The notes beneath the pieces were generated by a model. That model searched no databases, was not told the DNA's origin, and worked only from the letters and a program-made list of their open reading frames with translations. This document shows positions 1 through 10,455 of a stretch of 52,425 bases of DNA, one piece after another; within the stretch, counting starts at the first letter, position 1, and each line of letters opens with the position of its first letter. Source of the DNA: a virus (taxonomy: Duplodnaviria > Caudoviricetes); the IMG/VR virus record IMGVR_UViG_3300025000_000136, positions 1 through 52,425 of that record; one strand, given 5' to 3'. The position numbers were made by a program, and so were the translations under genes.

Positions 1-2
1 CT

Positions 3-1088
3 CAGTATGCTTCACTAACTTGTTCAGGAGCCGGCAGTTTCGCAGCCACCACATCAACTAACTATGGATATACCACTCTTCCTGCACTGTCCGGGTTCGG
101 TGGAGATATATCAAGCTATGGTGCTGGAGATGCTATGTTCCCAGCACTTGAATCTTATGCCGAGGGTGGACTGTATGTTCCGACTGTGATCAATTACGGC
201 TATGCCACCATGTCAAATCTGATCTCTGCTGGAATACTTGGCACAATCTCCTACATGGATGGAGACGCAGATTTGCCAGCTTTAATATCTAAGGGAGGAG
301 AAGGAGAATATGGAGAAGGAGAAGTTAATTTTCCAGCATTAGTTTCGTTGGGAATTTATGATGCTACTCCAGGAGAGAGAAAACTTTATAATACTTGTTT
401 TGTTCTAACTGGCCTGTCTCCCCGTCCAGATTATATTGTCTTTCTTAACTCATCTGGAGAAATAACTGGTGCTATCTCTGGCAACCAGGCATATATTGCA
501 GAGTTGTTAGCTTCATTAACATCCACAGATTCATATACAGTTATTGGATCATTCCTTGCTTCATTTGATACATCTCTGACAACGCTTGGAGATATAGTTG
601 CTGCTTCTGGTACTGGTCCAGCACTGGATAATACTTCACGAGTTTGGGTAGTAAATATTGATACAGGTACATCTAGTCAGTATGATAATTATGGATATAC
701 AGCTTTTTATACTCATGATGGAATAAGCTATGGAATTGCAGCAGATGGTATTTATGAACTTACTGGAAATACTGACAATGGAGTTGATATAGATGCTCTG
801 GTGGATTTTGGCCGGACTGATTTAGGATCAATATATAAGAAGCGAGTAACATCGGCTTATGTAGATGTAGGATCTGATGGCAAAATGGCCTTAGTAATTG
901 AAACTGATGGACAGACCAATACATTTGAGGCAAACAGTTCAAGTACGGCAGTTAGAAAGCATCGGATTAACATGGGAAGTGAATTGTCTGGATATTATTG
1001 GAACCCAGTTCTGACAAATAATGCTGGATATGATTTTGATCTCGCGAGTATTATGCTTGAAATCATTGAATTAAATAGGAGACTTTAA
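3..1088 (+). CDS. Virion/tail-associated protein, 5'-truncated by window edge
   Basis: Frame is open from position 3 (QYASLTCSGAG...) into the listed 135..1088 ORF; repeated (L/F)PAL motifs; lies in the late + strand module and overlaps the next start (TAATG). Confidence 0.6.
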   Translation, partial: QYASLTCSGAGSFAATTSTNYGYTTLPALSGFGGDISSYGAGDAMFPALESYAEGGLYVPTVINYGYATMSNLISAGILGTISYMDGDADLPALISKGGEGEYGEGEVNFPALVSLGIYDATPGERKLYNTCFVLTGLSPRPDYIVFLNSSGEITGAISGNQAYIAELLASLTSTDSYTVIGSFLASFDTSLTTLGDIVAASGTGPALDNTSRVWVVNIDTGTSSQYDNYGYTAFYTHDGISYGIAADGIYELTGNTDNGVDIDALVDFGRTDLGSIYKKRVTSAYVDVGSDGKMALVIETDGQTNTFEANSSSTAVRKHRINMGSELSGYYWNPVLTNNAGYDFDLASIMLEIIELNRRL

Positions 1089-2056
1089 TGTCTGATGCAT
1101 CTGATATCATAAATCAAATTATTGCGAATGCGATTGCGACTGCAAATGGATCAACTACAGCAGCACAAGATGCAGCTAATGATTTGATTAGTACTAATGC
1201 AGGATTTTATCTCACTCCACCATCAACTCTGACTGGATTTGATGTTGAGGCTGTAGAGCCAGATATTCCTACAGCAGCAGACTCTACATACAATTATGAA
1301 GCTGAGCGAGATGAGTTGATTGCTTTACTATCTGCGCAGCTAGCAAACTTTTTTACCCTTTATTATCCCCTGGCTAGTGATGCTTTTGACGAAGCAACTA
1401 ATTGGCTAGTCAATACAATTACTAATGGTGGAACTGGGATACCTGCTGCACTTGAGGATCAGATAGTTCAGCGAGCCAGAGACAGGATTATTCGGGATGG
1501 CCAAAGAATTGCAAGTGGCATCTCTGCTGGCTATGCTGCAAGAGGTTTTTCTCTTGTCCAAGGGCCGATGGTTTATGATTTGAACCAGGCAACCTTTGAA
1601 CAGGCCGGCAAGATTGGAGAAGCCTCGACAGCAGTTGCAACAAAACAAATTGAGATTGCCATTGAAACTATTAAGTTTGCAATCGGTAAGGCACTTGAAT
1701 CTCGGATTGCTGCAATGAATGCTGCTGTTGATTATATTCGTGCACTGTCTACAGCTCCTGATGCCGCAGCTAGAGTTGCTGCTCTTAACACAGACGTAGA
1801 AGCTAAGATGATGAGTGCAGCCGCGGATTGGTATAGAGCACGGCAATCTAGGGATCAGATGATATTGCAGTCTAAACTGGCTGAACTGACTGCTGGGGTT
1901 GATGTATATAAGCATAGAAGAGATAATGCGACTCAGAATAGCCAAGTTGATGTGCAGGCTTTGGCTGCTGCGGCTGATGTTTTTGCCAAGACTGCTCAGG
2001 CAGCCTTAGCATCGTTGAATAGTGTGGTATCGACAAGCGCGAATACTTTTGTATAA
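1088..2056 (+). CDS. Hypothetical virion protein (Ala-rich, helical; possible internal/ejection protein)
   Basis: 322-aa ORF coupled to the upstream stop; sits just before two ejection-type proteins. Confidence 0.55.
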   Translation: MSDASDIINQIIANAIATANGSTTAAQDAANDLISTNAGFYLTPPSTLTGFDVEAVEPDIPTAADSTYNYEAERDELIALLSAQLANFFTLYYPLASDAFDEATNWLVNTITNGGTGIPAALEDQIVQRARDRIIRDGQRIASGISAGYAARGFSLVQGPMVYDLNQATFEQAGKIGEASTAVATKQIEIAIETIKFAIGKALESRIAAMNAAVDYIRALSTAPDAAARVAALNTDVEAKMMSAAADWYRARQSRDQMILQSKLAELTAGVDVYKHRRDNATQNSQVDVQALAAAADVFAKTAQAALASLNSVVSTSANTFV

Positions 2057-2070
2057 TTAAAGGAGATGAA

Positions 2071-3123
2071 ATGAATATATTTGATGTGGAAGAAAAAAAT
2101 AAACTTAAAGTTCAGCCATCAGATATTAATTTTGGACTTGCTCAGCCAGTAAAACCTATTTCACTTAAGTCTCCTTATAAAGCTGGAAATCCAGAAGATT
2201 CAGTAATGACTGGTGGTCTATTTTCACCTCAAGTAAATTCTCGTCCTGATAGAATTGGCACAGGAACTCGTGTAGTTGAAAGAAATATGTTGTCATCAAT
2301 AAATAATAATCAATTAATAAATACAAATGTTCCTAAACTGAAAGAACTTCCTAATGCTCAGAGAGATTCAGAGTTGGGTAAGATGAATGTTGGAACTGAT
2401 GGAAATATAGTTACTTATGACATTGGGGGAAACACTCTTTCATATGATGCAAGCAAGACAGATCCTAGCAAAATTAATTTAAGAAACATAAACAGAGCTT
2501 CTAGTAACGCTTCTGGTAATGCCACTACTTGGGATGATTATCACAGGCAGCAAAAAGAAAGATATAATGCATATATGGAATCTCCAAGAGGCAGATATTT
2601 TGGAGCAACTCCAATTGATACTGAAACTCCGAAGGATAATAGTTTAGGTGGATTGTTTGTGCAGGGGCTGCAAAATAGAAAAGCTCTTGCTGATGCAAAG
2701 ATGGAAAGTGAAATTGCAGGGCAGGATATTAATCGAGCAGAGCTAGGAACTCAGGCAGAACGTAATCGACTGATGGCTGATGCGAATCGGATAAGTGAAC
2801 TAGATGTGCAAGGACAAAATAGATTACGAGATATCCAAGGTCAGGTTGCACAGGAACCTCCGATTAAGGAAAGTGCATTGAAGCCTATGGTAATTGATGA
2901 ACCTGATCCGAATGATCCAACTGGAATGAGTAAGAGACAAAGGATCATGATTCCTAACGCAGAAGGTACTGGATATGTTGATGGAATGTCTGGACAGGCC
3001 CCAACAAGTACAGTACCTCAAGTTACACCGGAACAAAGAAGTAAGATTAACGCATTAATCAAGGCTAATCCAAACATTGATAGGGCAACTATTCTTCAGA
3101 AAATAGCTAATGGAGAAATTTAA
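2071..3123 (+). CDS. Putative internal virion/DNA ejection protein
   Basis: 350-aa ORF with AAGGAG RBS; hydrophilic and low-complexity; immediately upstream of the giant protein as in podovirus ejection modules. Confidence 0.5.
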   Translation: MNIFDVEEKNKLKVQPSDINFGLAQPVKPISLKSPYKAGNPEDSVMTGGLFSPQVNSRPDRIGTGTRVVERNMLSSINNNQLINTNVPKLKELPNAQRDSELGKMNVGTDGNIVTYDIGGNTLSYDASKTDPSKINLRNINRASSNASGNATTWDDYHRQQKERYNAYMESPRGRYFGATPIDTETPKDNSLGGLFVQGLQNRKALADAKMESEIAGQDINRAELGTQAERNRLMADANRISELDVQGQNRLRDIQGQVAQEPPIKESALKPMVIDEPDPNDPTGMSKRQRIMIPNAEGTGYVDGMSGQAPTSTVPQVTPEQRSKINALIKANPNIDRATILQKIANGEI

Positions 3124-6100
3124 TGGATGAGTTTGATAAGTTGTTTGGAGTTGCTGATAACGAACCGGATGAGTTTGACAAGATGTTTGGCATGAACAGC
3201 ACAGCTACTCCTACAGTTGATGATGAACGAACTGTTGGATCAACACTAAAGGATGTAGGAGTATCTCTGGCTAAGGGTGTTGTAGGTGCTGGCCAAGGAC
3301 TTGTTGGGCTGGCAGATATTCCGACTGGTGGTAGAGTTGGTAAGGGCCTTGAAAGTGTTGGCGTAAAACCAGGTGAATGGCAGCAAAGCTTGAATGAGGA
3401 ATATTCTCCTGCACAACAGGCAGCGAACCAGCAAGTAGATGCAGCGACTGGATTCGTAGATACTGCTAAGGCAATGATTTCGAATCCAAGCACAATTGCT
3501 CACGGAATAGTTGAGACGCTTCCGTCTGTAGCTGCTGGTGGTGTAATTGGTAAGGGTGCCCTAGCATTAGGAGCTAAGTTCGCTCCGCAAGCCATCAATG
3601 CTCTCGGTAAAACAGGATCTGCTATTGCTGCTGGAGCAGTTGGTGAAGGTACAATAGGTGCTGGCCAGACAGCGGAAGAGATAAGGAATGCTACTGACGA
3701 TAGACTGTTAACAGGAAAGCAGGCTGGCTTGGCAGTAGCAGCTGGCCTTGGCACTTCTATCTTTGGGGCTGTTGGTGGATCGTTAGCAAAGAAGCTTGGA
3801 TTTGCCGATATAGATACAATGGTAGTTAATGGGTTGAATCCAGCCAAGAAGGAAGGTTTTAAAGGAGTTGTCAAATCAATCCTTGGTGGGGGCATTACTG
3901 AAGGTGTGTTTGAAGAACTGCCGCAAACTGTCCAAGAGACTATCTTTACAAATGCTGCGCTTGATAAGCCATTGCTGGAAGGTGTGCCTGAAAGTTCTGC
4001 CCAGGCAATTATTCTTGGTGGCGCAATGGGTGGTGGTGCAAACTTGTTGCCAGGCAAAGATGTTGGCCCTGTAAAGACTGAGGCAGAGCTTGAACTGGAT
4101 AGGCGTGCAGGGAATATTCTTAGCCAGAAAGATGATCAGATTGCTCAGAGTGTACAGAAATTAAATGAAGATCTTAAAGCTGGACAGGAACTGCTGACTG
4201 ACCTTGATAAACTTGATCAGAAAGCAAGAGAACTGAATGTGTCTCCAGCTGAGTTAACTAGAAAAACTGTTTATGATAACAAAAATAATCAGGATCTTCT
4301 GGATCGAATTAAGTCAGAAATGACGAAGAAGGAAGAGATTGCTAAGAAAGAATATGAGGCGCTGTCGCCTGAAGAGAAGCAAGTAAAAGATATTGAAAAT
4401 AAACTAATTGCACAGCGTCAAGCTGAGGCTCAGAAGATCAATAGTGATCTTGAGGCAATTAAGAAGAGAGAAGAAATTGCACGTAAGCAATATAAGGATG
4501 AAAAAGATCCTGAGAAGAAAGCAGCAATTGCTGAACGGGCTATTAATCTGAGGAAGGAAAAGGATGCGTTGCTGAACCGTCAGTTACAAATTCAAGAAGT
4601 GAATCAAGCTAAAGAATTTGCTCCTGCAAAGAAAGCTGATGAACTTCGTCAGGAGAAAGAAAACTTTTATAATAGACTTTGGCTTGGGGTAACTAGTAAA
4701 GATGTAGCAGAATCTGCGCAAGTATTTAATGAAAAATCTACTGAACAGCAAGATATCTTAGATAGGCTTTCGAATCAAATTGCAGCTACTCAGGATCAGC
4801 AAAAGAAACAAGAGTTGCAAAAAGTCTATGACGGATTGTTTCAGACTTTTGAACGTGATGCTCAGGAGGCTGCTCAAACTTTTGAAAGTCAAGATCTTAG
4901 TCAGTTTGATCAATTGGTTAGGGCTAAAGATCAGGAACGCCTTAATAAAGTTCTTGAATCCATAGTTGTTGAGCCTGATCCTCAGGCAAGACAGAAACTC
5001 TATGAGCAGATGTTTATGCTGCCTGGAGTTAAAGATGCTGCTGCTTCAGCTGAAGTGTTTGCTCAGCAGGGTGAAGATGCAGACATGGTACAGAGACGTA
5101 AAGAGTTGAAGCAGATCATGAGTAGGATTACTCAAGAAAGTGATCCAGCAGTCAGGCAGAAACTTTATAATCAAATGTTTGTTCAGCCTGGAGTTAAGAG
5201 TGCTTGGGAGTCTGCGGAAGTATTCTTGACTCAGAACTTTACTGAACGTGAAAAAGCAATTATTGAAAACTACTGGCAAGAAGTTAAGAAAGAACTTAAT
5301 CTCCGCAATGAGGAAATGACTCCTGGAACTGAAGCATTTATGCGGAAGAAGTTCTTTGAGACACAACTGGATAAGATTGAAGGAAATGTTAAGCAGGATG
5401 CAGCAGCCAGCATTGAACCAAATAGAAATGTTGTACCGTCTTTAGCTGAACAGAACAAACGTCAGGCATGGTTTCAACAGATTGCGCAAGAACTTGGAGA
5501 TTTTGCAAAGACTAATCCACAAGCAGTCACACCTGAGATTCCTAGAAACTTGCCCGGAGGTTTGTCAAGTGCGTTCAATAATGAACAGCCAGTCGGTAAA
5601 GGTGCACAGTTTCAAACTAGTGAAGGTCAAAATTATATTAACAATGTAACTTTTGATGACATTGAAAAAGCATTCCCAGGTCAGACCATTATTCAGTTTA
5701 AAGATGGTACAATCTCTGTGCAGTTCAAGAATGGAAAAGGGCTTACAATTAATAGTATTCAAAAAGCTGGACAAAGTCATATAGCATTAGCAATTAAAAC
5801 TGGTCAAATGTCTAAAAGAGGAATAATTTTAGGCATTACTAGAGGAAACAAAATTCTACTTAATGAAAACTTTGCAGACAACAAAACTCTTTGGCATGAA
5901 AACAAGCATGTCCTTGACAATCTTGGATTGATTACAACAGAGGATGATGCTGCTCTTAATAAGGAGTTTAATAAACTTCGAAAGGCAGGCAAGCTGAAGT
6001 TTGCTCTCAGCAAGCATAAAGATCCACGCCAGGCGATGGTTGAAAACCGGGCAAATATGTTCGCTCAGATTATGACTGACAGAGATGCTTATCGAAACAC

Positions 6101-9100
6101 TGGGTTTGGTAAAGTCATTCAAAGGGTGATGGATTTCTTTCAGCAGTTGCTGGCTATGGGTAAGCAGACAGTTTATGGATTAGCTCGTGAGGTAGAAAGT
6201 GGGAAGATTTATGAACGCAAAGTTGGAAATCAAACAATTTCTACGACTGTTCCAATGGCAGAACAGGCAGCAGCTAAGTGGCACTCAGCCTTGGAGAATG
6301 CAGTCAATGGATTCACGCAAAAGATCGCTACGCCTGACCAATGGAAAGGAATGATCAAAGGTTATCCTGGCATCAAGCAGGAAGAACTAGATTGGATTGG
6401 CTTGGATGAATGGTTGGACAGTAAAGATGGGAAGGTTAGCAAGGATGAGTTGGTTAGCTTCATTAAAGATAATAATGTTCAGCTTGAAGAAGTTGTAAAT
6501 AATGATCTTAGTAATAATGTAGAATTAAATAAACAATTAAAAAACTTTGGCTATCAATATGAAGAATTAGATGGAGAATCTTTTTTAATGGATTCTTCTA
6601 ATAATGTTGTTGATTTTAATGCTGTACCAAAAGAAATTCAGGAAATTATTAAGTCTTTTGCATCACCCAAAAGTACAAGATATTCTAACTATCAACTTCC
6701 TGGAGGAAAGAATTATCAGGAACTTTTGATTACCTCTAAAGCAAAACAAACCTCTCCTGAAGAAGATGCTCAGGCAATGTTTGGAAAATCTTTTACTGAT
6801 TTAAATAATGAAGAACTTTTTACTCTTCATGGTAGCTATGCACATAATGATAAAGGTTATAAATCATCTCACTGGGACGAGCCAAATATCCTAACTCACA
6901 TCAGGTTTAATGAACGAACTGATGTTGATGGAAACAGAGTGTTGTTTCTTGAAGAGGTGCAGAGCGATTGGCATCAGGAGGGAAGAAAGAAAGGTTATAA
7001 TGAAGAACATGATAGAAAAGCTGTATTTAATAAAGATGCCTATGTCTGGGAAATTTATGAAGATGGAAAAATAGTAGAGGCTATTCCAGATGAAGGACAA
7101 ACTGCTGAGCAAGCATTAGAAACTGCTCAAATGACAAATCCTGAAAGTGTTCCAGACGCTCCATTCAAAAAATCCTGGCCATTGCTTGCAATGAAGCGCA
7201 TGATCAGGTATGCAGCAGAGAATGGATTTGATAAGATTGCCTGGACTACTGGGCAGCAGCAAGCGGATCGATATAAATTAACTAATTATATTAATGAAGT
7301 TCATTATTATAAGAAACCTAATGGTTTATATGCTTTAAAAACAAAAACAATTGGAGCAGTTGGCGCAAATGCAACTAGACTTGTTGGAAATGATTTAACT
7401 GAAGAACAATTGAAAGATCATGTTGGAGTAGAAATAGCAAATAAGATAATTAATAATGAAGGTACTGGTGGTAATGTTTTTAAAGTTCTTTCTGGAATAG
7501 ATCTGCAAGTTGGTGGTGAAGGCATGAAAGGCTTCTATGACCAGATGCTTCCTTCAATGCTGAATAAAGAGTTCAATCGAGGTAAGTGGGGGAATGCGAA
7601 AGTAGAGGAAACTACACTTGGAGAATATAAAACTGAATATGTTTTTCTTCTTAATGGCGAAGAGTTTTTTAGTTTTGACACTTTAAAAGAAGCTGAAGAA
7701 CAATTAGAGTTTTCTAAACAAAAGAATCCTGCTGACATAGTTGAAATTATTAGTAGAGAAAAGAACAATACAACACAACAATTGGCTTTACCCATTACTA
7801 ATCGCATGAAATCAAAGGCACTCCGTGAAGGTATGCCGATGTTTGAGGTGCGTGAAACTCCAAGCCAGAAGATCAGTGATGAGACTTACAACCAAATGTT
7901 CACTGAACGAAATAGTTTGGTTCGAACAATCGGGCAAACTCTTCGCATGCGTGGGCATGAAATCAAGCAACTGTTTGACAAAGGATTAGGATCAATCTCG
8001 ACTAGGCTAAAGAATGTCGATCCAATGCTTCGTTCAGAGATTAGAAACCTCGACTTCCGAACTGCTCAAAAGATTGTAACTGCCCTAAGAATTGCTCATC
8101 CACTTCTTGAGAAGACCAAGTCAATGTCTAAGGAAGATAAATTTATTTGGGATGCAGCAAGACGTAACTCAGACGAAGTAAAGATCAAACAGATTGCAGA
8201 AAAATATGGAATGGCTGCAGACCAAGAAAAGCTGCGAACAGTCTTGAATCAAATCAGACAAGATGCTCTTGATGTTGGTTATGATGTTGGCTTCATAGAA
8301 GAGTATTGGCCGCGCATAATTAAGGATCAAGAAGGATTTTTGCAGGCAACGAAAGGCATTTCTCAACGACCAGTTATCACTGATGCAATTAAGAAGTATG
8401 CAGATAAGTTAGGAATGAGCGTTGAGAAGTTTGAGGCAACGTATCCTGAGCAGGCAGCAGATATTGCAAGCAACACGATTCTTGGCCGTAATCTAGGTAT
8501 TGGTGGCCCAGGGAATATTCAAGCTCGTGTATATGAAACTGTCCCTCCTGAGTTGAATAAATACTACATGGATAGTGATGCAGCATTGATGCAATACATC
8601 TATAGTATGACCAAGAAGATTGAGGCTAGGCGTTTCTTTGGTAAGGTTCCAGAGAGGATAGCAAACCTAAAGTCTGAGAAGAAACGAAAGACTGCAATGC
8701 TCAAAGAGTATGAACTCACCAATAATACTGCACGCATAGATGATGTTGCTAGTGACCTGTTGAGAATTGAACAAGAGTTGGATAAGTACAAACTTCAGCG
8801 AGATTATACTGAGAATATCGGCACATATATTAATGACCTGCGAATGTCTGGAAGAATCCAGGCAGAAGATGAAAAGGTAGTTAGGGACATTCTAGATGCT
8901 AGGTTCCACGAGCATGGAACGACCGGCATAGTTAATGCCTATAAGAACATGTCATACATCGACGTAATGGGATCGCCATTGTCAGCACTGACGCAGATTG
9001 GAGATCTTGCCTGGGCGATGTATGTAGGTAGAGTATGGACGCCACGTGGCCTGGCTAGTACAGTTAAGAATATTTCTAAGGCCATAACTAAGAAGTCTGA

Positions 9101-10241
9101 AATAACTAAGGAAGATCTCGGAATTGAAAGAATAGCTCAGGAGTTTGCAGATGGAACGACGCTTGGCAATGCAGTAAGTTGGGTATTCAAAAAAGTTGGT
9201 CTTGAGCGCATTGATTCAATCGGAAAAGAGACGTTAATTAACAATGCGTTTGATAATTACAAAGTTATGGCTAGCAGCGAGGCTGGACGTACAGAACTGT
9301 TGAAGCAACTCAAACCGATATTTGGCACTCAATCGGAAAGTGTTATAAATGATTTGCTCGCTGGCAATCCAACTGACAATGTGAAGATGTTACTGTACCA
9401 TAGATTGTTAGACTTTCAGCCAGTTGCTTTGTCAGAAATGCCAGAACAATACCTTAAGTCTGGTAATGGTCGAGTGTTTTATATGCTCAAGACCTACACA
9501 ATCAAGCAGTTTGATGTATTCAGAAATGAAGCCTGGCACAAGATTAAGAGTGGAGAAAAGGATCAGGTTATTGAAGGAATTGGGAATATGATCAAGCTGG
9601 TGAGTTTACTTACATTAGCCAATGCTGGTGCGGATGAACTGAAAGACTTTTTGCTTGGCAAAGATGTGAAGTTTGAAGATCACGTAATTGAGAACTTTCT
9701 CACCATGGGTGGAGCATCAAAATATGTTCGTATGCAAACTACTCGAGAAGGTTTAGGATCTGGGCTGGCTGGGCAGATTTTGCCTCCATTTAGATTTGTT
9801 AATTCTATCAGTAAGGATCTTGGTCAAGCATACGGAGACTATGTTGCTGGAGACACCATGAATTTTGATCATGCAAGGATTGTTGAGTCCATTCCAATTG
9901 GGGGTAAGCTTTATTATTGGAACTATGGCAGAGGAGAGGATTACAAAAAGAGTAGTAACGAACAAGAATTTACTAAGGCTGGAAAGGAAGTAAAGCTCTT
10001 CAAGAGGCAGCTAGAGAATGTGGAAGATAAGCGAACTTTCTTGAACTCAAATATTGATAAGTTCAAACAAATGAAGCTGCATGAAAATTTTCAAAGTTCC
10101 CTGAATCGGAATCAGGCAGTAATTAATAAGTTGAAAGAAATTGAACAGACAACAAATGTTCGGGAAAGACTTGGACAATTGCAGCAGCAACGAGAGATGT
10201 TGTTCAATAAATATTTTGAAGTATCAAAGATGATACAGTAA
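3123..10241 (+). CDS. Large polyvalent / internal virion (ejection) protein with HExxH metallopeptidase-like motif
   Basis: 2372 aa; Gly/Ala-rich N-terminus with GITEGVFEELPQ, coiled-coil region, WHENKH (5892-5909), and the YQLPGGKNYQELL...SHWDEPNIL.HIRF..R...LFLEEVQSDWHQEGRKKGY block typical of phage polyvalent proteins. Confidence 0.7.
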   Translation: MDEFDKLFGVADNEPDEFDKMFGMNSTATPTVDDERTVGSTLKDVGVSLAKGVVGAGQGLVGLADIPTGGRVGKGLESVGVKPGEWQQSLNEEYSPAQQAANQQVDAATGFVDTAKAMISNPSTIAHGIVETLPSVAAGGVIGKGALALGAKFAPQAINALGKTGSAIAAGAVGEGTIGAGQTAEEIRNATDDRLLTGKQAGLAVAAGLGTSIFGAVGGSLAKKLGFADIDTMVVNGLNPAKKEGFKGVVKSILGGGITEGVFEELPQTVQETIFTNAALDKPLLEGVPESSAQAIILGGAMGGGANLLPGKDVGPVKTEAELELDRRAGNILSQKDDQIAQSVQKLNEDLKAGQELLTDLDKLDQKARELNVSPAELTRKTVYDNKNNQDLLDRIKSEMTKKEEIAKKEYEALSPEEKQVKDIENKLIAQRQAEAQKINSDLEAIKKREEIARKQYKDEKDPEKKAAIAERAINLRKEKDALLNRQLQIQEVNQAKEFAPAKKADELRQEKENFYNRLWLGVTSKDVAESAQVFNEKSTEQQDILDRLSNQIAATQDQQKKQELQKVYDGLFQTFERDAQEAAQTFESQDLSQFDQLVRAKDQERLNKVLESIVVEPDPQARQKLYEQMFMLPGVKDAAASAEVFAQQGEDADMVQRRKELKQIMSRITQESDPAVRQKLYNQMFVQPGVKSAWESAEVFLTQNFTEREKAIIENYWQEVKKELNLRNEEMTPGTEAFMRKKFFETQLDKIEGNVKQDAAASIEPNRNVVPSLAEQNKRQAWFQQIAQELGDFAKTNPQAVTPEIPRNLPGGLSSAFNNEQPVGKGAQFQTSEGQNYINNVTFDDIEKAFPGQTIIQFKDGTISVQFKNGKGLTINSIQKAGQSHIALAIKTGQMSKRGIILGITRGNKILLNENFADNKTLWHENKHVLDNLGLITTEDDAALNKEFNKLRKAGKLKFALSKHKDPRQAMVENRANMFAQIMTDRDAYRNTGFGKVIQRVMDFFQQLLAMGKQTVYGLAREVESGKIYERKVGNQTISTTVPMAEQAAAKWHSALENAVNGFTQKIATPDQWKGMIKGYPGIKQEELDWIGLDEWLDSKDGKVSKDELVSFIKDNNVQLEEVVNNDLSNNVELNKQLKNFGYQYEELDGESFLMDSSNNVVDFNAVPKEIQEIIKSFASPKSTRYSNYQLPGGKNYQELLITSKAKQTSPEEDAQAMFGKSFTDLNNEELFTLHGSYAHNDKGYKSSHWDEPNILTHIRFNERTDVDGNRVLFLEEVQSDWHQEGRKKGYNEEHDRKAVFNKDAYVWEIYEDGKIVEAIPDEGQTAEQALETAQMTNPESVPDAPFKKSWPLLAMKRMIRYAAENGFDKIAWTTGQQQADRYKLTNYINEVHYYKKPNGLYALKTKTIGAVGANATRLVGNDLTEEQLKDHVGVEIANKIINNEGTGGNVFKVLSGIDLQVGGEGMKGFYDQMLPSMLNKEFNRGKWGNAKVEETTLGEYKTEYVFLLNGEEFFSFDTLKEAEEQLEFSKQKNPADIVEIISREKNNTTQQLALPITNRMKSKALREGMPMFEVRETPSQKISDETYNQMFTERNSLVRTIGQTLRMRGHEIKQLFDKGLGSISTRLKNVDPMLRSEIRNLDFRTAQKIVTALRIAHPLLEKTKSMSKEDKFIWDAARRNSDEVKIKQIAEKYGMAADQEKLRTVLNQIRQDALDVGYDVGFIEEYWPRIIKDQEGFLQATKGISQRPVITDAIKKYADKLGMSVEKFEATYPEQAADIASNTILGRNLGIGGPGNIQARVYETVPPELNKYYMDSDAALMQYIYSMTKKIEARRFFGKVPERIANLKSEKKRKTAMLKEYELTNNTARIDDVASDLLRIEQELDKYKLQRDYTENIGTYINDLRMSGRIQAEDEKVVRDILDARFHEHGTTGIVNAYKNMSYIDVMGSPLSALTQIGDLAWAMYVGRVWTPRGLASTVKNISKAITKKSEITKEDLGIERIAQEFADGTTLGNAVSWVFKKVGLERIDSIGKETLINNAFDNYKVMASSEAGRTELLKQLKPIFGTQSESVINDLLAGNPTDNVKMLLYHRLLDFQPVALSEMPEQYLKSGNGRVFYMLKTYTIKQFDVFRNEAWHKIKSGEKDQVIEGIGNMIKLVSLLTLANAGADELKDFLLGKDVKFEDHVIENFLTMGGASKYVRMQTTREGLGSGLAGQILPPFRFVNSISKDLGQAYGDYVAGDTMNFDHARIVESIPIGGKLYYWNYGRGEDYKKSSNEQEFTKAGKEVKLFKRQLENVEDKRTFLNSNIDKFKQMKLHENFQSSLNRNQAVINKLKEIEQTTNVRERLGQLQQQREMLFNKYFEVSKMIQ

Positions 10242-10246
10242 GCAAG

Positions 10247-10292
10247 TGATGATGCCAGAACTTACGGTACATTGTAGGTTCTGGCATTATTA
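10247..10292 (+). terminator. Hairpin terminator between convergent late and early/middle modules
   Basis: Inverted repeat TGATGATGCCAGAACTTAC / GTAGGTTCTGGCATTATTA with G-U pairs on the + strand, immediately after the giant gene's stop. Confidence 0.7.
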
Positions 10293-10293
10293 A

Positions 10294-10455
10294 TTACTCT
10301 ACAGGCTCTATAAATATCTTTCCATCCTCAAATGGAGAGGTCCATTCAGCTTCACCACTTGACAAACTTTTGAAATATTCACTTAGAATTTCAAAAGCCT
10401 CATCTATGTTTTCTGCTCGAAAGGTTGTGTCAGCCTTCAGGCGGAATGTTTTCAT
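10294..10455 (-). CDS. Small hypothetical protein (53 aa, MKTFRLKADTTF...)
   Basis: Read by eye; ATGA overlap with the thyX stop and GGAGG upstream. Confidence 0.55.
   Translation of the reverse strand: MKTFRLKADTTFRAENIDEAFEILSEYFKSLSSGEAEWTSPFEDGKIFIEPVE

Noticed and set aside
1406-9965. Numerous - strand and alternate-frame ORFs inside the late genes
   Set aside because: Fully nested in long + strand genes, with no RBS or recognisable motifs.
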